In this document: positions 21,766-32,920 of the stretch, piece after piece
How the letters are laid out: every line of letters starts with the position of its first letter
Numbering within the stretch: position 1 is the first letter of the stretch
Assembly: GCA_963707635.1 (NCBI GenBank)
Contig: OY970173.1
Coordinates: 1,664,001-1,728,000, forward strand
From: Candidatus Latescibacterota bacterium
Lineage (GTDB): Bacteria > Krumholzibacteriota > Krumholzibacteriia > WVZY01 > JAKEHA01
Direction of reading: 5' to 3'
Length of the DNA stretch: 64,000 bases
Notes under the pieces: generated by a model
Told to the model about the DNA's origin: nothing
Database searches by the model: none
Seen by the model: only the letters and a program-made list of their open reading frames with translations
Translations under genes and position numbers: made by a program

Positions 21766-22482
21766 ATGACCGACCTCCGCCGCGACATCAGCCTCTTTGT
21801 CAGCGTGGCCCGCATCGAAGCGGCGCTGCACGCGAACCACGTCACCCTCCAGAGACTGCCGCAGGAAATCGCCGCGATCGATAGCGCCCTGGCCGCGCTG
21901 GAGGCGAAGGAGAAGGCGTCGCACGCGGCGTTCGAGGAGATGCAGAAGCGGCGGCGCGAGGTGGAGCGGCTGATGCGCGAGCACGAAGATCACCTGCGGA
22001 AGTGCCGAGGCCAGCAGTCCCTGGTCAAGACCAACGAAGAGTACACCGCCATGCTCAAGGAGATCGCTCAACTCGAGCAGTCGATTTCCAACGACGAGGA
22101 GCAGATCCTCGTCCTCATGGATCAACTCGAACACGCGCAGCGCGAAGCCGCCGGGGCGACGGAGCTGTACCAGATCGAGCACGCGCGGCGCACGAAGGAG
22201 CGGCAAGCTCTGGAGGCGCAGGCGGAGTCGCTCGCGGGTGAGACCGCCCGCCTGACCGCGGAGAGGCCGCGAATCCTCGCCGAGATCACGCCGGCGCTCG
22301 TCAAACGCTACGAGCGCGTCGCCGGAAAGCACCGCGACGTCGCGGTCACGCGGGTCGAAGCGGAGCACTGCGGCGCGTGCCGCCAGCAGCTCCCGCCGCA
22401 GGTCGCGGTCGAGGTGCGCAAGAACGATCAGTTCCTCACCTGCCCGGCCTGCGGGCGCATCCTCATCCACTATGCAGATTGA
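21766..22482 (+). CDS. Coiled-coil C4-type zinc ribbon protein (DUF164/CT398-like)
   Basis: Long coiled coil followed by CGAC...CPACGRIL. Confidence 0.9.
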   Translation: MTDLRRDISLFVSVARIEAALHANHVTLQRLPQEIAAIDSALAALEAKEKASHAAFEEMQKRRREVERLMREHEDHLRKCRGQQSLVKTNEEYTAMLKEIAQLEQSISNDEEQILVLMDQLEHAQREAAGATELYQIEHARRTKERQALEAQAESLAGETARLTAERPRILAEITPALVKRYERVAGKHRDVAVTRVEAEHCGACRQQLPPQVAVEVRKNDQFLTCPACGRILIHYAD

Positions 22483-23071
22483 CGCCGCCCTCGCGGCGAA
22501 GCTCGCGATCGTCCTCGACAGGTTGCTCGACGGAAAGACGCTCGCGGTGGCGGCGGTCGAGGCCGGCATGAGTGCCTCGGAAGTGGAGCGCTTCGCGAAG
22601 GAGCTCAAGCGTGACCTGGGCCGTCCGCCGCGACCGAAACCGGTGCGCAAGGGCAAGGGCGGCCTCTCGCTCGTCGCCTACGCGGACGGCGGCTCGCGCG
22701 GCAACCCGGGTAAGGCGGCGTGCGGCGTGCTGGTGACGGATGCCGATGGCGCCGAGCTGCTCCGGCGCGCGAAGACGCTGGGGAAGACCACCAACAACGT
22801 TGCGGAGTACGAAGGGGTGCTCTACGCGCTTGAGTTGTGCCGCGATCTGGGCGCGGCGCACGTGTTGCTCCGCCTGGACAGCGAGCTGGTCGTGCGCCAG
22901 CTCGAGGGACGCTACAAGGTCAAGCACGCCGGACTCGCAAAGCTCCACGCGCGAGCCCGCGAGGCCGCTTCGGCGTTCGAGTCGTTTCACGTCGAATACG
23001 TGCCCCGCGCCCAGAACGCAATCGCGGACCAACTCGCCAACGCAGCGCTCGACGGCAAGGAACTGGACTGA
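22472..23071 (+). CDS. rnhA: Ribonuclease HI (archaeal/actinobacterial type) with N-terminal extension
   Basis: YADGGSRGNPG, TNNVAEY, DSELVVRQ, PRAQNAIADQLAN. Confidence 0.9.
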   Translation: MQIDAALAAKLAIVLDRLLDGKTLAVAAVEAGMSASEVERFAKELKRDLGRPPRPKPVRKGKGGLSLVAYADGGSRGNPGKAACGVLVTDADGAELLRRAKTLGKTTNNVAEYEGVLYALELCRDLGAAHVLLRLDSELVVRQLEGRYKVKHAGLAKLHARAREAASAFESFHVEYVPRAQNAIADQLANAALDGKELD

Positions 23072-23084
23072 AGACGGGCAGTCG

Positions 23085-23113
23085 TTGCGCGGAGAGCCCG
23101 TGCTCCCTATAAT
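23085..23113 (+). promoter_or_regulatory. Sigma70 promoter of rnpB
   Basis: TTGCGC-17 nt-TATAAT just before the RNA 5' end. Confidence 0.7.
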
Positions 23114-23118
23114 CCCCT

Positions 23119-23490
23119 CGGTCCGAGCGGGCGAGATGATCGCGGGCGGCTGCGCGCCGCTCGAGGAAAGTCCGAGCACCACGGAGCGGGATGCTGGATA
23201 ACGTCCAGCGGAAGCGATTCCAGGGAAAGTGCCACAGAAAACATACCGCCTACTCCCGGGCAACCGGGACGGCAAGGGTGAAAAGGTGAGGTAAGAGCTC
23301 ACCGGGCTTCCGGCGACGGCGGCCGTCATGGTAAACCCCATCCGGTGCAAGACCAAATAGGAGAGCAGAGGCGCTCCGCCTCAGTATGACTCTCGGGTTG
23401 GTTGCTCGAGGTGTCCGGTAACGGACATCCCAGACAAATGATCATCCTCCTTCGGGAGAACAGAACTCGGCTTATGTCCCGCTCGGACCG
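23119..23490 (+). ncRNA. rnpB: RNase P RNA, type A
   Basis: GAGGAAAGTCC, GAAAGTGCCACAGAAA, GGTAAACCCC and ACAGAACTCGGCTTA conserved blocks; P1 CGGTCCGAGCGGG/CCCGCTCGGACCG. Confidence 0.96.
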
Positions 23491-23498
23491 CTTTCTTG

Positions 23499-25212
23499 AT
23501 GAACAAGTACCGGTGGCTGCGCAACGATACGATCGATGAGGGAGCGGCGAGCGTCCTCGCCGCCGAGCTCGCGATACCGGCGGCCGCCGCGCGTTTCCTG
23601 GTCGGACGATCGATCAGCGATCCGGCCGCCGCGCACGAGTACTTTCAGCCCACCCTCGAGCACACCCACGACCCGTTTCAATTCGAGCGCATGCGCGAGG
23701 CCGTTGCGCTGGTCCAGGCGGCGGAGCGGGACGCGCAGGTCGTGCTCGTGCACGGCGACTACGACGTCGACGGCATCTCCGGCGCGGCGCTCCTGTATCA
23801 CTTTCTTGAGCGGGGCCTTTGCCACCGTGCTGCGGTTCGTGCCCGACCGGCGCCGCGACGGCTACGGCGTGGCGGAGCGCGCGATCGAGTGGGCGATCGA
23901 GCAGAAAGTCGGGCTGTTCATCGCGGTCGACTGCGGCACCTCGGACGCACCGCGTCTGCGCCGGCTCGAAGCGGCCGGCATCCGTGTGATCGTGTGCGAC
24001 CATCACCAGCTCCCGGTGGACGGCGACGTGGCCGGCGTGCTGTTGAACCCGGTGCGGCCGGGAGAAACCTATCCATTCCCGTCGCTGTGCGGAACCGGCG
24101 TCGCGTACAAGCTCATTCAGGCGCTGGCCGCGTCCGGGTTTCGCGGCGCGACCGAACCGGAGTCGCTCCTGGACCTGGTCGCGCTGGCCACGGTCGCCGA
24201 CATGGCGCCGCTGGTCGGCGAGAACCGCTACTTCGTTCGCGCGGGGCTTTCGAATATCAACCGCGCGCCGCGTCCCGGCCTCGAGGCGATCCGGAACCTC
24301 GCGCGACTGTCCGGCAGCGTGATCACCTCGCGGCACCTCTCGTTCGCGTTCGCGCCGCGCTTGAATGCGCCCGGCCGCGTGTCGCGGCCGAAGCCGTCGC
24401 TCGAAATCCTGTGCGCGGGGGTAAAGGAGCGCGCGCTCCAGCTCGCCGCGATCCTCGAGGAAGAGAACGACCGACGCCGCACGCTGACCGAACGCGTACA
24501 GACCGAGGCGATCGCCGCCATCAACGGGATGCCGGACCGCGGCGAGCGCGGCGGATTCGTGCTGGCGAGCGACGCGTGGAACGAAGGCGTGCTCGGCATC
24601 GCGGCGGCGCGGCTGGTCGAGCAGTTCGGCCGGCCCGCCATCCTCATGAGCCCGAGCAACGGGCTGCTCAAGGGCTCGGGGCGCAGCATTCCGGGGGTCA
24701 ATCTCAAGGAACACCTCGACCACTTCCAGCACAGATTGATTCGCTACGGCGGCCACGCGGGCGCGGTGGGTCTCACCATGGAGCCGGCGGAGCTGGATCG
24801 GTTCGCGGTGGATTTTTCCGACCGGCTGCGCGAAGTGCTTCCGCCCGGGAGCGGCGTCACCCTGACGATCGACGCGGAGCTCACCATCGCCGAGTGCACG
24901 CTCGAACTCGTCGACGTGCTCGCGCGGTGCGAACCGTTTGGCGCCGGCAACGCCGAGCCGGTGTGGATGCTGCGCGACGTCCAGATAGCGCGCGACACGT
25001 CGCTGGTGGGAGACGGTCATTTGAAACTGTTCTTCTTCGACGCCACCGGCGCGCGCGCGTCGGCGATCGCGTTCGGGTGGGATCGCCCGCAATCGCCGGA
25101 GGACCTGCACGGCCGCTCCCTGGATCTCGCGGTGACGCTGCGCAAGACCACCTACCTCGGAACCGCGTACCCGGACCTCCGCATCGTGGACCTGCGCGAG
25201 AGCGGGGCCTAG
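23499..25212 (+). CDS. recJ: ssDNA exonuclease RecJ, frameshifted near 23805
   Basis: HGDYDVDG in ORF 23496. DCG, DHH, ATVAD, PRLNAPGR, GSGRS and GGH in ORF 23536..25212. Confidence 0.92.
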
Positions 25213-25218
25213 CGCGCG

Positions 25219-25662
25219 ATGCGCGCCGTCGTCCAACGCGTGGAGCGGGCCGGCGTTTCCGTCGGCGGGCGCGAAATCGCGCGCATCGGGCGCGGGTTCC
25301 TGGTGCTCGTGGGCTTCCGCAAGAACGAAACGGAGACAGCGCTGGAATGGATGGCGCGAAAGATCGCGTCGCTGCGCGTGTTCCAGGACGGCGAGGGCAA
25401 GATGACCGCGGCGCTCGACACGGTGGGTGGCGAGGTGCTGGTGGTGTCGCAATTCACCCTCTACGCCGACGTGAACAAGGGTGCCAGACCGAGCTTCGAT
25501 CAGAGCGCACCCGCGGAGGAAGCGCACCGCCTCTACGACCGCTTCGTCGATCTGCTCCGCGCCCAGATCGGCGGCCGCGTGGCCACCGGAGAGTTCCAGG
25601 CCTCGATGCAGGTGGAGCTGGTGAACGACGGCCCGGTCACCATCGTGATCGAGCGGGAATGA
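25219..25662 (+). CDS. dtd: D-aminoacyl-tRNA deacylase
   Basis: MRAVVQRV, VSQFTL, NDGPVT. Confidence 0.96.
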   Translation: MRAVVQRVERAGVSVGGREIARIGRGFLVLVGFRKNETETALEWMARKIASLRVFQDGEGKMTAALDTVGGEVLVVSQFTLYADVNKGARPSFDQSAPAEEAHRLYDRFVDLLRAQIGGRVATGEFQASMQVELVNDGPVTIVIERE

Positions 25663-25669
25663 GCACGCC

Positions 25670-26261
25670 ATGAACCCGTTTCTCTCCCCGGACCAGCAGC
25701 GCGACCTCGTGCTCGCGTCGCGTTCGCCCCGCCGCGCGGAGATCATGCGCGGCCTCGGGCTCGAGTTCGAGGTCGAGCCGGCGCCGGAGCACCTCGAAGA
25801 CGACGTGACGCACGACGACCCCTTCCTGCTCCCCGGATTTCTGGCCGCGCGCAAGTGCGAGCACGTCGCCCGCCGGTGGCCCCAGCGCACCGTGATCGCG
25901 GCGGACACAGTCGTGATCGTGGACGGCGACGTCCTCAACAAGCCCGGCGAGCGACGAGCAGGCGCGCGAGTTCCTGGCGCGACTCGCGGGCCGCGCGCAC
26001 GATGTTGTCACCGCGGTCGTGATCCGCGGGGTCGCACGCCGCGTCACCGTGGCCGGCAGCGAGCGGACCCGGGTGACGTTCCGCGCGTTGAGCGCGGAGG
26101 AGATCGCGGCCTACGTGACCACGGGCGAAGGGCGCGACAAGGCGGGGTCGTACGCGGCGCAGGGCCTCGGCGCCGGGTTGATTCGTTCGATCGACGGGTG
26201 CTTTTTCAACGTCGTGGGGCTGCCGGTGTCGCTCCTGCTCGACTTGCTCAAGAGGACCTGA
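25670..26261 (+). CDS. maf: Maf nucleotide pyrophosphatase, frameshifted near 25943
   Basis: LASRSPRR and AADTVV...KP in the first frame; DKAGSY and NVVGLP in the second. Confidence 0.9.
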
Positions 26262-26262
26262 A

Positions 26263-27372
26263 ATGCCAATTGAGATCCTGCCCACCGTGCGACTCGTGCG
26301 GGGAAAGCTCCGCATCATCGACCAGACTCTGCTGCCCGCGCGCTACGAGATCCGTGACATCGGCCGCGTCGACGACGTGTGCGAAGCGATCCTCAACCTG
26401 CGCGTTCGCGGCGCTCCCGCGATCGGCGTAGCCGGCGCGTACGGCGTGCTGATTGCGATCGAAGAGTGGTCGCGGGAATGGGTGTTCGATTCGGCGGTTG
26501 GCACTGCCCGCACGAGCGCGCAGGTGCGCCCCGAGCACGCGGGCACCCGCCTCCCGACGCTCGACGAGCTGCGCGACACGCTCGAGCGCGCGGCGGCGCG
26601 GATCGTGATGACGCGCCCGACGGCGGTGAATCTGTCGGCGGCGCTCGAACGCATGCGCCGGGTGTGGCTGCAGGACGGAGAGGTGACGGCGACACTGCTC
26701 GAACTGGTGCGCGAGGCGGATGCCATCCTGGAAGAGGACCTGGCCATGTGCGCGGCGCTCTCCGCGCACGGGTCGGGGCTGATCGCGGACGGCGACGCCG
26801 TGCTGACGCACTGCAACACCGGCGGGCTCGCGACCGGCGGGGTGGGGACGGCGCTGGGAGTCGTCTTTGCGGCCGCCGGCGCGGGCAAGCGCGTCCGTGT
26901 CTACGCGGACGAGACCCGGCCGCTCCTGCAGGGCGCGCGCCTGACCGCGTGGGAGTGCCGGCGCCAGGGCGTTCCCGTCACCGTACTGGTGGAAGGCGCC
27001 GCGGCGTCGCTGCTCGCCGCGCGCGGCGTGGCGTGCGTGGTGGTGGGCGCCGACCGCATCGCCGCCAACGGCGACACCGCCAACAAGGTGGGGACCCACG
27101 CGCTCGCCATCCTGGCGCGCCGCTTCGGCGTCCCGTTCTACGTCGCGGCGCCCTCGACTTCCATCGATGCGTCGCTCCCCGACGGCGCCGGGATTCCGAT
27201 CGAGCAGCGCGCGGGCGATGAAGTCACGTCCTTTGCCGGCACACCGATCACGCCCGAGGGCGTGGATGTCTACAACCCGGCGTTCGACGTGACGCCGGCG
27301 GAATTGGTCGACGCCATCGTGACCGAACACGGCGTGCACCGCCCGCCGTTCCGGTTCGGGATACCGGCGTGA
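26263..27372 (+). CDS. mtnA: Methylthioribose-1-phosphate isomerase
   Basis: VRGAPAIG, RPTAVNL, THCNTG, ETRPLLQG, NKVGT, NPAFDVTP. Confidence 0.95.
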   Translation: MPIEILPTVRLVRGKLRIIDQTLLPARYEIRDIGRVDDVCEAILNLRVRGAPAIGVAGAYGVLIAIEEWSREWVFDSAVGTARTSAQVRPEHAGTRLPTLDELRDTLERAAARIVMTRPTAVNLSAALERMRRVWLQDGEVTATLLELVREADAILEEDLAMCAALSAHGSGLIADGDAVLTHCNTGGLATGGVGTALGVVFAAAGAGKRVRVYADETRPLLQGARLTAWECRRQGVPVTVLVEGAAASLLAARGVACVVVGADRIAANGDTANKVGTHALAILARRFGVPFYVAAPSTSIDASLPDGAGIPIEQRAGDEVTSFAGTPITPEGVDVYNPAFDVTPAELVDAIVTEHGVHRPPFRFGIPA

Positions 27373-28146
27373 TCGAATACACGGTCGTCTGTCGTGGTGG
27401 CGCTAGCGGCCTCGGCGCTGACTCTCTTTTCGGGTTTCGGTCTCGGCACGCTGCTGCTGCCCGCGTTCCTCGCCTTCTTCGCGCCGCCGATCGCGGTGGC
27501 GATGACGGCGGTGGTGCACTTTGTGAACAACCTGGTCAAGCTGGGGCTGGTCGGCCGGCTCGCGGATCGCACCGTGGTGAGGCGATTCGGTCTCCCCGCG
27601 ATACTCGCGAGCCTCGTCGGTGCCCGCATGCTGGTGACGCTGTCGAGCCGCGAGCCCATCGCGACCTACACGCTGTTCGGGCGCCCGCACGACGTCACCG
27701 TGATCGGCGTGCTCGTGGGTGCGCTCATCGCCATGTTCGCGCTCTGGGAGGTGTGGCCACGGCTCTCGCGCCTGTCATTTCCGCCTGCCTACCTCCCGGT
27801 CGGCGGGGTGTTGAGCGGCTTCTTCGGCGGGCTCTCCGGGCACCAGGGGGCGCTGCGCAGCGCGTTCCTGATTCGCTCCGGGCTCTCGAAGGAGGCGTAC
27901 ATCGGTACTGGCGTGATGATCGCGTGCCTGGTGGACACCGCCCGGCTCGTGCTTTACGGCCGGGCGATCGGGTTCGCCGCCGTGCGCGACGAGTGGCGGC
28001 TCGCCGGGGCCGCGGTAGCGGCTGCGGTGGTGGGCGCTCTTGTGGGAGCGCGCATCGTGCCCTCGGTGTCGATGCGGTTCGTTCGCCGCGTGACCACGGT
28101 GCTCCTGCTCGTGGTAGCGGTTGCCATCGCGGCCGGGCTCACGTAG
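27369..28146 (+). CDS. TauE/SafE (TSUP) family membrane transporter, likely frameshifted near 27393
   Basis: TLFSGFGLGTLL and GGLSGHQGALRS motifs. A GTG at 27369, coupled to the mtnA stop, is one base out of frame. Confidence 0.82.
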
Positions 28147-28214
28147 CGCGCTTGCAGCGCGCGCGCGGCGGTCGTACCATGAAAGCGCGCCGCGCGGGCG
28201 GCGCGGGGGGCGCC

Positions 28215-28694
28215 ATGACTCGCAAGGCATTCACCGTCGACGAGGCCAACGGGCTCATTCCCGTGCTCGCGGACGTGTTCCGCGAAGTCGAGGCCCACCG
28301 GCGCCGCATTCGAGAGGCCGCGAAGAAACTCGAGGTGTTGGAGCTGCTCTGGGGCGGGGCGCTGCGCGACGCGACCAACCCCGACCACGCAGAGTTCGCC
28401 CGCCGTCGCGAAGATATCGACCGGGCGATGCTCGCGATCCAGAACGCGGTGGAACACGGCGTGATCGCCCGCGGGCTGCGCCTTCCTCCGGGGGGCCTGG
28501 AGGAGGGGCTGGTCGACTTTCCGACCACCTATCAGGGCCGCTGGGTGTACCTGTGCTGGCACGTCGGCGAGCACGATCTGCGCTTCTGGCACGAGACGGA
28601 CGCCGGCTTCGCCGGACGGCGGAAGATCACGGAACTGCAGCGCCTCGAGATGGGTAGCCCGGGATCGTCGTCGCTGGACGAATCTCCCTTCTGA
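28215..28694 (+). CDS. DUF2203 family protein
   Basis: FTVDEAN...GLVDFP...VYLCW...WHETDAGFAGR. Confidence 0.88.
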   Translation: MTRKAFTVDEANGLIPVLADVFREVEAHRRRIREAAKKLEVLELLWGGALRDATNPDHAEFARRREDIDRAMLAIQNAVEHGVIARGLRLPPGGLEEGLVDFPTTYQGRWVYLCWHVGEHDLRFWHETDAGFAGRRKITELQRLEMGSPGSSSLDESPF

Positions 28695-28737
28695 TTTCCA
28701 GGTGAATCGTTCCTGACCTTCGATTACCATCGCCGTC

Positions 28738-29493
28738 GTGAACATCGACCTCGCGGGCAAGCGTGCGCTGGTGACCGGAGCCAGCCGCGGCATCGGACGC
28801 GCGATCGCGGAGGCGTTGATCGGGTCGGGCGCGCGCGTGGCGGTTCACTACCACCGGCAGCACGGCGCCGCCGAGGCCGTCGCGCGCGGCGGCGCGGGCT
28901 CGTGCACGATCGCCGCCGACCTGTCCGACGCGGGGGCGTGTGGCACACTGGTGGAACGCGCGGTCGCCGCGCTCGGCGGACTCGACGTGCTGGTGAACAA
29001 CGCCGGCATCGCGCTGGCCTCGCCCATCGACGACGCGGCCGAGGCGTGGACGCGTGCCTGGGACGAGACTATGGCCGTCAACCTGACGGCCTCCGCGATC
29101 CTCGCGCGGGACGCCATCCGCCACTTTCGAGGCCACGGCGGCGGGCGCATCGTGTTCATCGCGTCGCGCGCCGCGTTTCGCGGCGACGCCCCCGAGTACC
29201 TCGCGTACGCCGCGTCGAAGGGCGGGATGGTGACGCTGTCGCGTTCGATCGCGCGCGGGTTCGGCAAGGAGGGCGTGGCGTCGTTCGTCGTGGCACCCGG
29301 GTTCACGCGCACCGAGATGGCGGAAGCGTTCATCGAAACGTACGGCGAGGCCTTCGCTATGAAAGACATCGCACTCGACCGCATGACCGAACCGCGCGAC
29401 ATTGCGCCGCTGGTCGTATTTCTGGCGAGCGGGCTCGCCGACCACTGCACGGGCACCTCGATCGACGTGAACGCGGGCAGCTACGTGCGCTAG
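28738..29493 (+). CDS. SDR family oxidoreductase
   Basis: TGASRGIG, NNAG, YAASK. Confidence 0.92.
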   Translation: MNIDLAGKRALVTGASRGIGRAIAEALIGSGARVAVHYHRQHGAAEAVARGGAGSCTIAADLSDAGACGTLVERAVAALGGLDVLVNNAGIALASPIDDAAEAWTRAWDETMAVNLTASAILARDAIRHFRGHGGGRIVFIASRAAFRGDAPEYLAYAASKGGMVTLSRSIARGFGKEGVASFVVAPGFTRTEMAEAFIETYGEAFAMKDIALDRMTEPRDIAPLVVFLASGLADHCTGTSIDVNAGSYVR

Positions 29494-29501
29494 GAGAAAC
29501 C

Positions 29502-29906
29502 ATGACCGTCGATCCACGTGCCGCCGCGATGTTCGTAGCCACCCCGGTGAACCGGCTCATGGGCGCGCGCCTGGTCGCGCGCAGCGGCGAGCGGGTGGAG
29601 ATCCGGGCGCCGGTCAGCGCGGAGACCCTCCAGGAGTACGGCATCGTGCAGGGCGGGATCTTGAGTGCCTTGGCCGACACGGCGGCCGTGTACCTCGTGA
29701 TCCCCGAGGCGATGGACCGGGGGCGCGTCAACGCGGTGGAATTCAAGATGAACTTCCTCCGCCCCGCGAAGGCGGACGGCGGGGAACTGGTGGCGGTGGC
29801 GACGCCGGTGAGGATCGGCCAGCGCATCGCGGTATGCACGGTGAACGTGACGCAGGGCGAGCGCCACGTCGCGTTCGGCACGTTCACGTACCTGGTCGCC
29901 CCGTGA
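29502..29906 (+). CDS. PaaI family thioesterase
   Basis: GIVQGGILSALAD and [15 protein letters not shown]. Confidence 0.85.
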   Translation: MTVDPRAAAMFVATPVNRLMGARLVARSGERVEIRAPVSAETLQEYGIVQGGILSALADTAAVYLVIPEAMDRGRVNAVEFKMNFLRPAKADGGELVAVATPVRIGQRIAVCTVNVTQGERHVAFGTFTYLVAP

Positions 29907-30589
29907 GCGTGGCCGCGGACGAGCTGTCGGTCCCGGTCTCGGAGTCGATCGGGTCCGTGCCCGCGCTGCTCGCGGCGCCGCGCGACGCGTGGGCCGTGTA
30001 CGTTCTCGCGCACGGCGCCGGCGCGGGTATGCGCCACCCGTTTCTGGAGGAAGTGGCGGCGTCCCTGGGCGCCGCCGGGGTCGCGACGCTTCGCTACCAG
30101 TTTCCATACATGGACAAACGGCGCGGGCGGCCCGACCCGCCGGCGGTGCTGGAGCGCACCGTGCGCGCGGCCGTCGGCTGCGCGCGCGAGCACACGGACG
30201 GACTCCCGCTGTTCGCGGGCGGAAAGTCGATGGGGGGACGGATGACGTCGCAGGCCGCGGCCGCGGAATCCGTGCCGGCGCTGCTCGGGATCGCATTCCT
30301 GGGATTTCCCCTCCACGCGCCCGGGAAGCCGTCGATTGCGCGCGCCGCCCACCTCGCGAAGGTGCCGGTGCCGATGCTCTTCGTGCAGGGCACGCGCGAC
30401 GACCTGGCCGAGATCGGACGGATGCGCGCGGTGGCGACGGAGCTGGGCGCGCGCGCCACGCTCCACGTCGTGGAAGACGGCGATCACTCGTTTCGCGTGC
30501 TCAAGCGATCCGGGCGTTCTGCTCTCGCTGTAATGACAGAGATTCGCGACGCCCTGGTCGCGTGGATGCGACCGCTCGCTGCGCGATGA
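29903..30589 (+). CDS. Alpha/beta hydrolase (KANL3/Tex30-like)
   Basis: HGAGAG, GGKSMGGR, QGTRD, GDHS. Confidence 0.88.
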   Translation: MSVAADELSVPVSESIGSVPALLAAPRDAWAVYVLAHGAGAGMRHPFLEEVAASLGAAGVATLRYQFPYMDKRRGRPDPPAVLERTVRAAVGCAREHTDGLPLFAGGKSMGGRMTSQAAAAESVPALLGIAFLGFPLHAPGKPSIARAAHLAKVPVPMLFVQGTRDDLAEIGRMRAVATELGARATLHVVEDGDHSFRVLKRSGRSALAVMTEIRDALVAWMRPLAAR

Positions 30590-30597
30590 TGCGTCGA

Positions 30598-30663
30598 GCG
30601 GGTGGCGCCGAGACGGGCCCCCGCGAGGCGAAGCCCGCGGGGTGGCGAGGCGACAGGACCCGC
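30598..30663 (+). repeat. Structured intergenic repeat, copy 2
   Basis: 66 bp, near-identical to 13085-13151 and in the same orientation. Confidence 0.85.
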
Positions 30664-30686
30664 GAGAGCAAAGGGAAGGAACTGAA

Positions 30687-31061
30687 ATGCAGCACTCGAA
30701 GAGATTTCTCCAGATCGTGAGCGCCTCGAAGCGGCGCATTCGGCAGACCGACGTGCGCACCGTGCGCCAGCGCATGGAGAAGGGAGAGAAGCTGCTCCTC
30801 GTCGACGTCCGCGAAGAGAGCGAGTGGGCAGCCGGCCACCTGCCCGGGGCGATGCACCTCAGCAAGGGCATCCTCGAGCGCGACGTCGAAGTGGCGATTC
30901 CGGATCCCGAGACCGAGATCATTCTCTACTGCGGCGGCGGCTTCCGCTCGGCGCTGGCGGCCGAAAATCTACTGCGAATGGGATACACCCACGTGCTGTC
31001 GATGGACGGCGGCTACCGGGGATGGGTCGCAGCGGGGTTGCCGGTCGAGGAGGAGAAGTAG
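30687..31061 (+). CDS. Rhodanese-like sulfurtransferase
   Basis: DVREESEW, YCGGGFRS, GGYRGW. Confidence 0.92.
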   Translation: MQHSKRFLQIVSASKRRIRQTDVRTVRQRMEKGEKLLLVDVREESEWAAGHLPGAMHLSKGILERDVEVAIPDPETEIILYCGGGFRSALAAENLLRMGYTHVLSMDGGYRGWVAAGLPVEEEK

Positions 31062-31067
31062 GGCACG

Positions 31068-31679
31068 ATGACGCCGCCGCGGCGCTACCCCGTGCCGGCC
31101 GCGCCGGTTCGCGTCGAGGATCGTATCGAGCACAGCCGTTTCATCGCCACGCTCGCGCGCGCCGGGGCCGTGGCCGACGCGAAGGCGGTGATCGCGGCCG
31201 TGCGGACCGAGTTCCCGGACGCGACCCATCATTGTTTCGCGTACGCGATCGGGCCGCCGGGCAGCACGGATGCGGTGGCGGCCACCGACGCCGGCGAACC
31301 CGCGGGAACCGCCGGGCGCCCGATGCTCGGAGTGCTCCTGAACTCCGGACTCGGCGACGTCGTGGTGGTGGTGACCCGCTATTTCGGTGGCGTGAAGCTC
31401 GGCAAGGGCGGGCTGGTGCGCGCGTACCGCGGGGCGGTGCAGCACGCGTTGCGCGAGGTCGCGACCCGCGAGCGCGTGGATGTGGTGGAGCTGGCGGTGG
31501 TGGTGCCGTACGCCGCGGTGGATGCGGTGCGCCGGATCGTGGAACGCGAGGGAGGCGCCGTCGAGGCGGGGGAGTACGGCGACGAAGTGACGCTCACGCT
31601 GCGCCTGCCGGAAGACCGGCTCGAGACCGTCGAGCGCGCCGTCCAGGACACGACGTCCGGACGCGCGCGGAAACGTTGA
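31068..31679 (+). CDS. YigZ/IMPACT family protein
   Basis: SRFI, ATHHCFAY, GEPAGTAG, RYFGGVKLGKGGLVRAY. Confidence 0.92.
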   Translation: MTPPRRYPVPAAPVRVEDRIEHSRFIATLARAGAVADAKAVIAAVRTEFPDATHHCFAYAIGPPGSTDAVAATDAGEPAGTAGRPMLGVLLNSGLGDVVVVVTRYFGGVKLGKGGLVRAYRGAVQHALREVATRERVDVVELAVVVPYAAVDAVRRIVEREGGAVEAGEYGDEVTLTLRLPEDRLETVERAVQDTTSGRARKR

Positions 31680-31729
31680 CCCGTCGCACGCACGGCGACG
31701 GCCAGCATCCAGCACAGGAGATCGAACCC

Positions 31730-32512
31730 ATGAGTGCAAGCAATCGTCTCCAGGGCAAGAACGTCGTCATTACCGGCGCCAGCGCGGGGTTTGGCGAAGC
31801 CTGCGCGCACGCCTTCGGCGCACTCGGCGCGAATCTGGAGCTGTGGGCGCGCCGTGGAGACCGCCTGGAGCGCCTGAAGGCGGGTGTCGAAGACCGCCAC
31901 CGCGCCACGGTCGCCGTTCGATCCCTGGACGTGCGCGACCGCGAGGCGGTGCGCGCGGCGGCGGCGGAACTTCGCGCGCGCAAGTGGGTGCCCGACGTGC
32001 TCGTGAACAACGCGGGGCTCGCGGCGGGCTTCGACGCGATCCAGGACGGACACTACGAGGACTGGGACGCGATGATCGACACCAACATCAAGGGCCTGTT
32101 GAACGTGACGCGCGAGCTCTTGCCGATGATGATCGAGCGCGAGCGCGGCCACGTCATTAACATTGGCAGCGTGGCGGGCTACATGGTGTACCCGAAGGGC
32201 AACGTGTACAGCGCGACCAAGTTCGCGGTGCGCGCCCTCACCGAAGGGATGAGCATCGATCTGTTCGGCACGAACATCCGGGTGTCGAGCGTGGACCCCG
32301 GCGCCGCCGAGACGGAATTTTCGACGGTGCGTTTCCACGGCGACGACGCGCGCGCGAAGAAGGTGTACGAGGGGTTCGAGCCGCTCTCCGCCGCCGACGT
32401 GGCCGACGCCGTCGTCTACGTGGCCAACACGCCGCCACACGTCAACATCGCCAAACTCGTGGTGATGCCGACGGCGCAGCGCAACCCGTACCTCATCCAC
32501 CGCAAGACCTAG
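31730..32512 (+). CDS. YdfG-like SDR (3-hydroxy acid dehydrogenase family)
   Basis: TGASAGFG, NNAGLA, YSATK, ETEFSTVRF. Confidence 0.9.
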   Translation: MSASNRLQGKNVVITGASAGFGEACAHAFGALGANLELWARRGDRLERLKAGVEDRHRATVAVRSLDVRDREAVRAAAAELRARKWVPDVLVNNAGLAAGFDAIQDGHYEDWDAMIDTNIKGLLNVTRELLPMMIERERGHVINIGSVAGYMVYPKGNVYSATKFAVRALTEGMSIDLFGTNIRVSSVDPGAAETEFSTVRFHGDDARAKKVYEGFEPLSAADVADAVVYVANTPPHVNIAKLVVMPTAQRNPYLIHRKT

Positions 32513-32524
32513 GACTCGCGCGAG

Positions 32525-32920
32525 ATGGTCGACGAAAACGAACTGCTGGCCCGGATCGCCGCGAAGGGGATCACCGCCGCCCGGCGGCACATCTTCCTCT
32601 GCTGCGATCAGACCGAGCCCAAGTGCAGCACGCGCGAGGATTCGCACGCGTCGTGGGTATACCTGAAGCGGCGGCTGCAGGAACTGGGTCTGTCGGAACA
32701 CGGGGTCGCGCGCACGCGCGCGAATTGCCTGCGCGTGTGCCGGGCCGGCCCGATCGCGGTGGTGTATCCGGAGGGGACCTGGTACCGGGGGTGCACCCCG
32801 GCGGTGCTGGAACGCATCATCCAGGAGCACCTGATCGGCGGCGTGCCCGTGCGCGAGTTCGCGATCACCGAGCAGCCGCTCGCAGGCGGGCGCGTGGAAC
32901 CTCAATCCGAAGGCAAGTAG
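32525..32920 (+). CDS. Thioredoxin-like [2Fe-2S] ferredoxin
   Basis: HIFLC...C...[16 protein letters not shown]. Confidence 0.9.
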   Translation: MVDENELLARIAAKGITAARRHIFLCCDQTEPKCSTREDSHASWVYLKRRLQELGLSEHGVARTRANCLRVCRAGPIAVVYPEGTWYRGCTPAVLERIIQEHLIGGVPVREFAITEQPLAGGRVEPQSEGK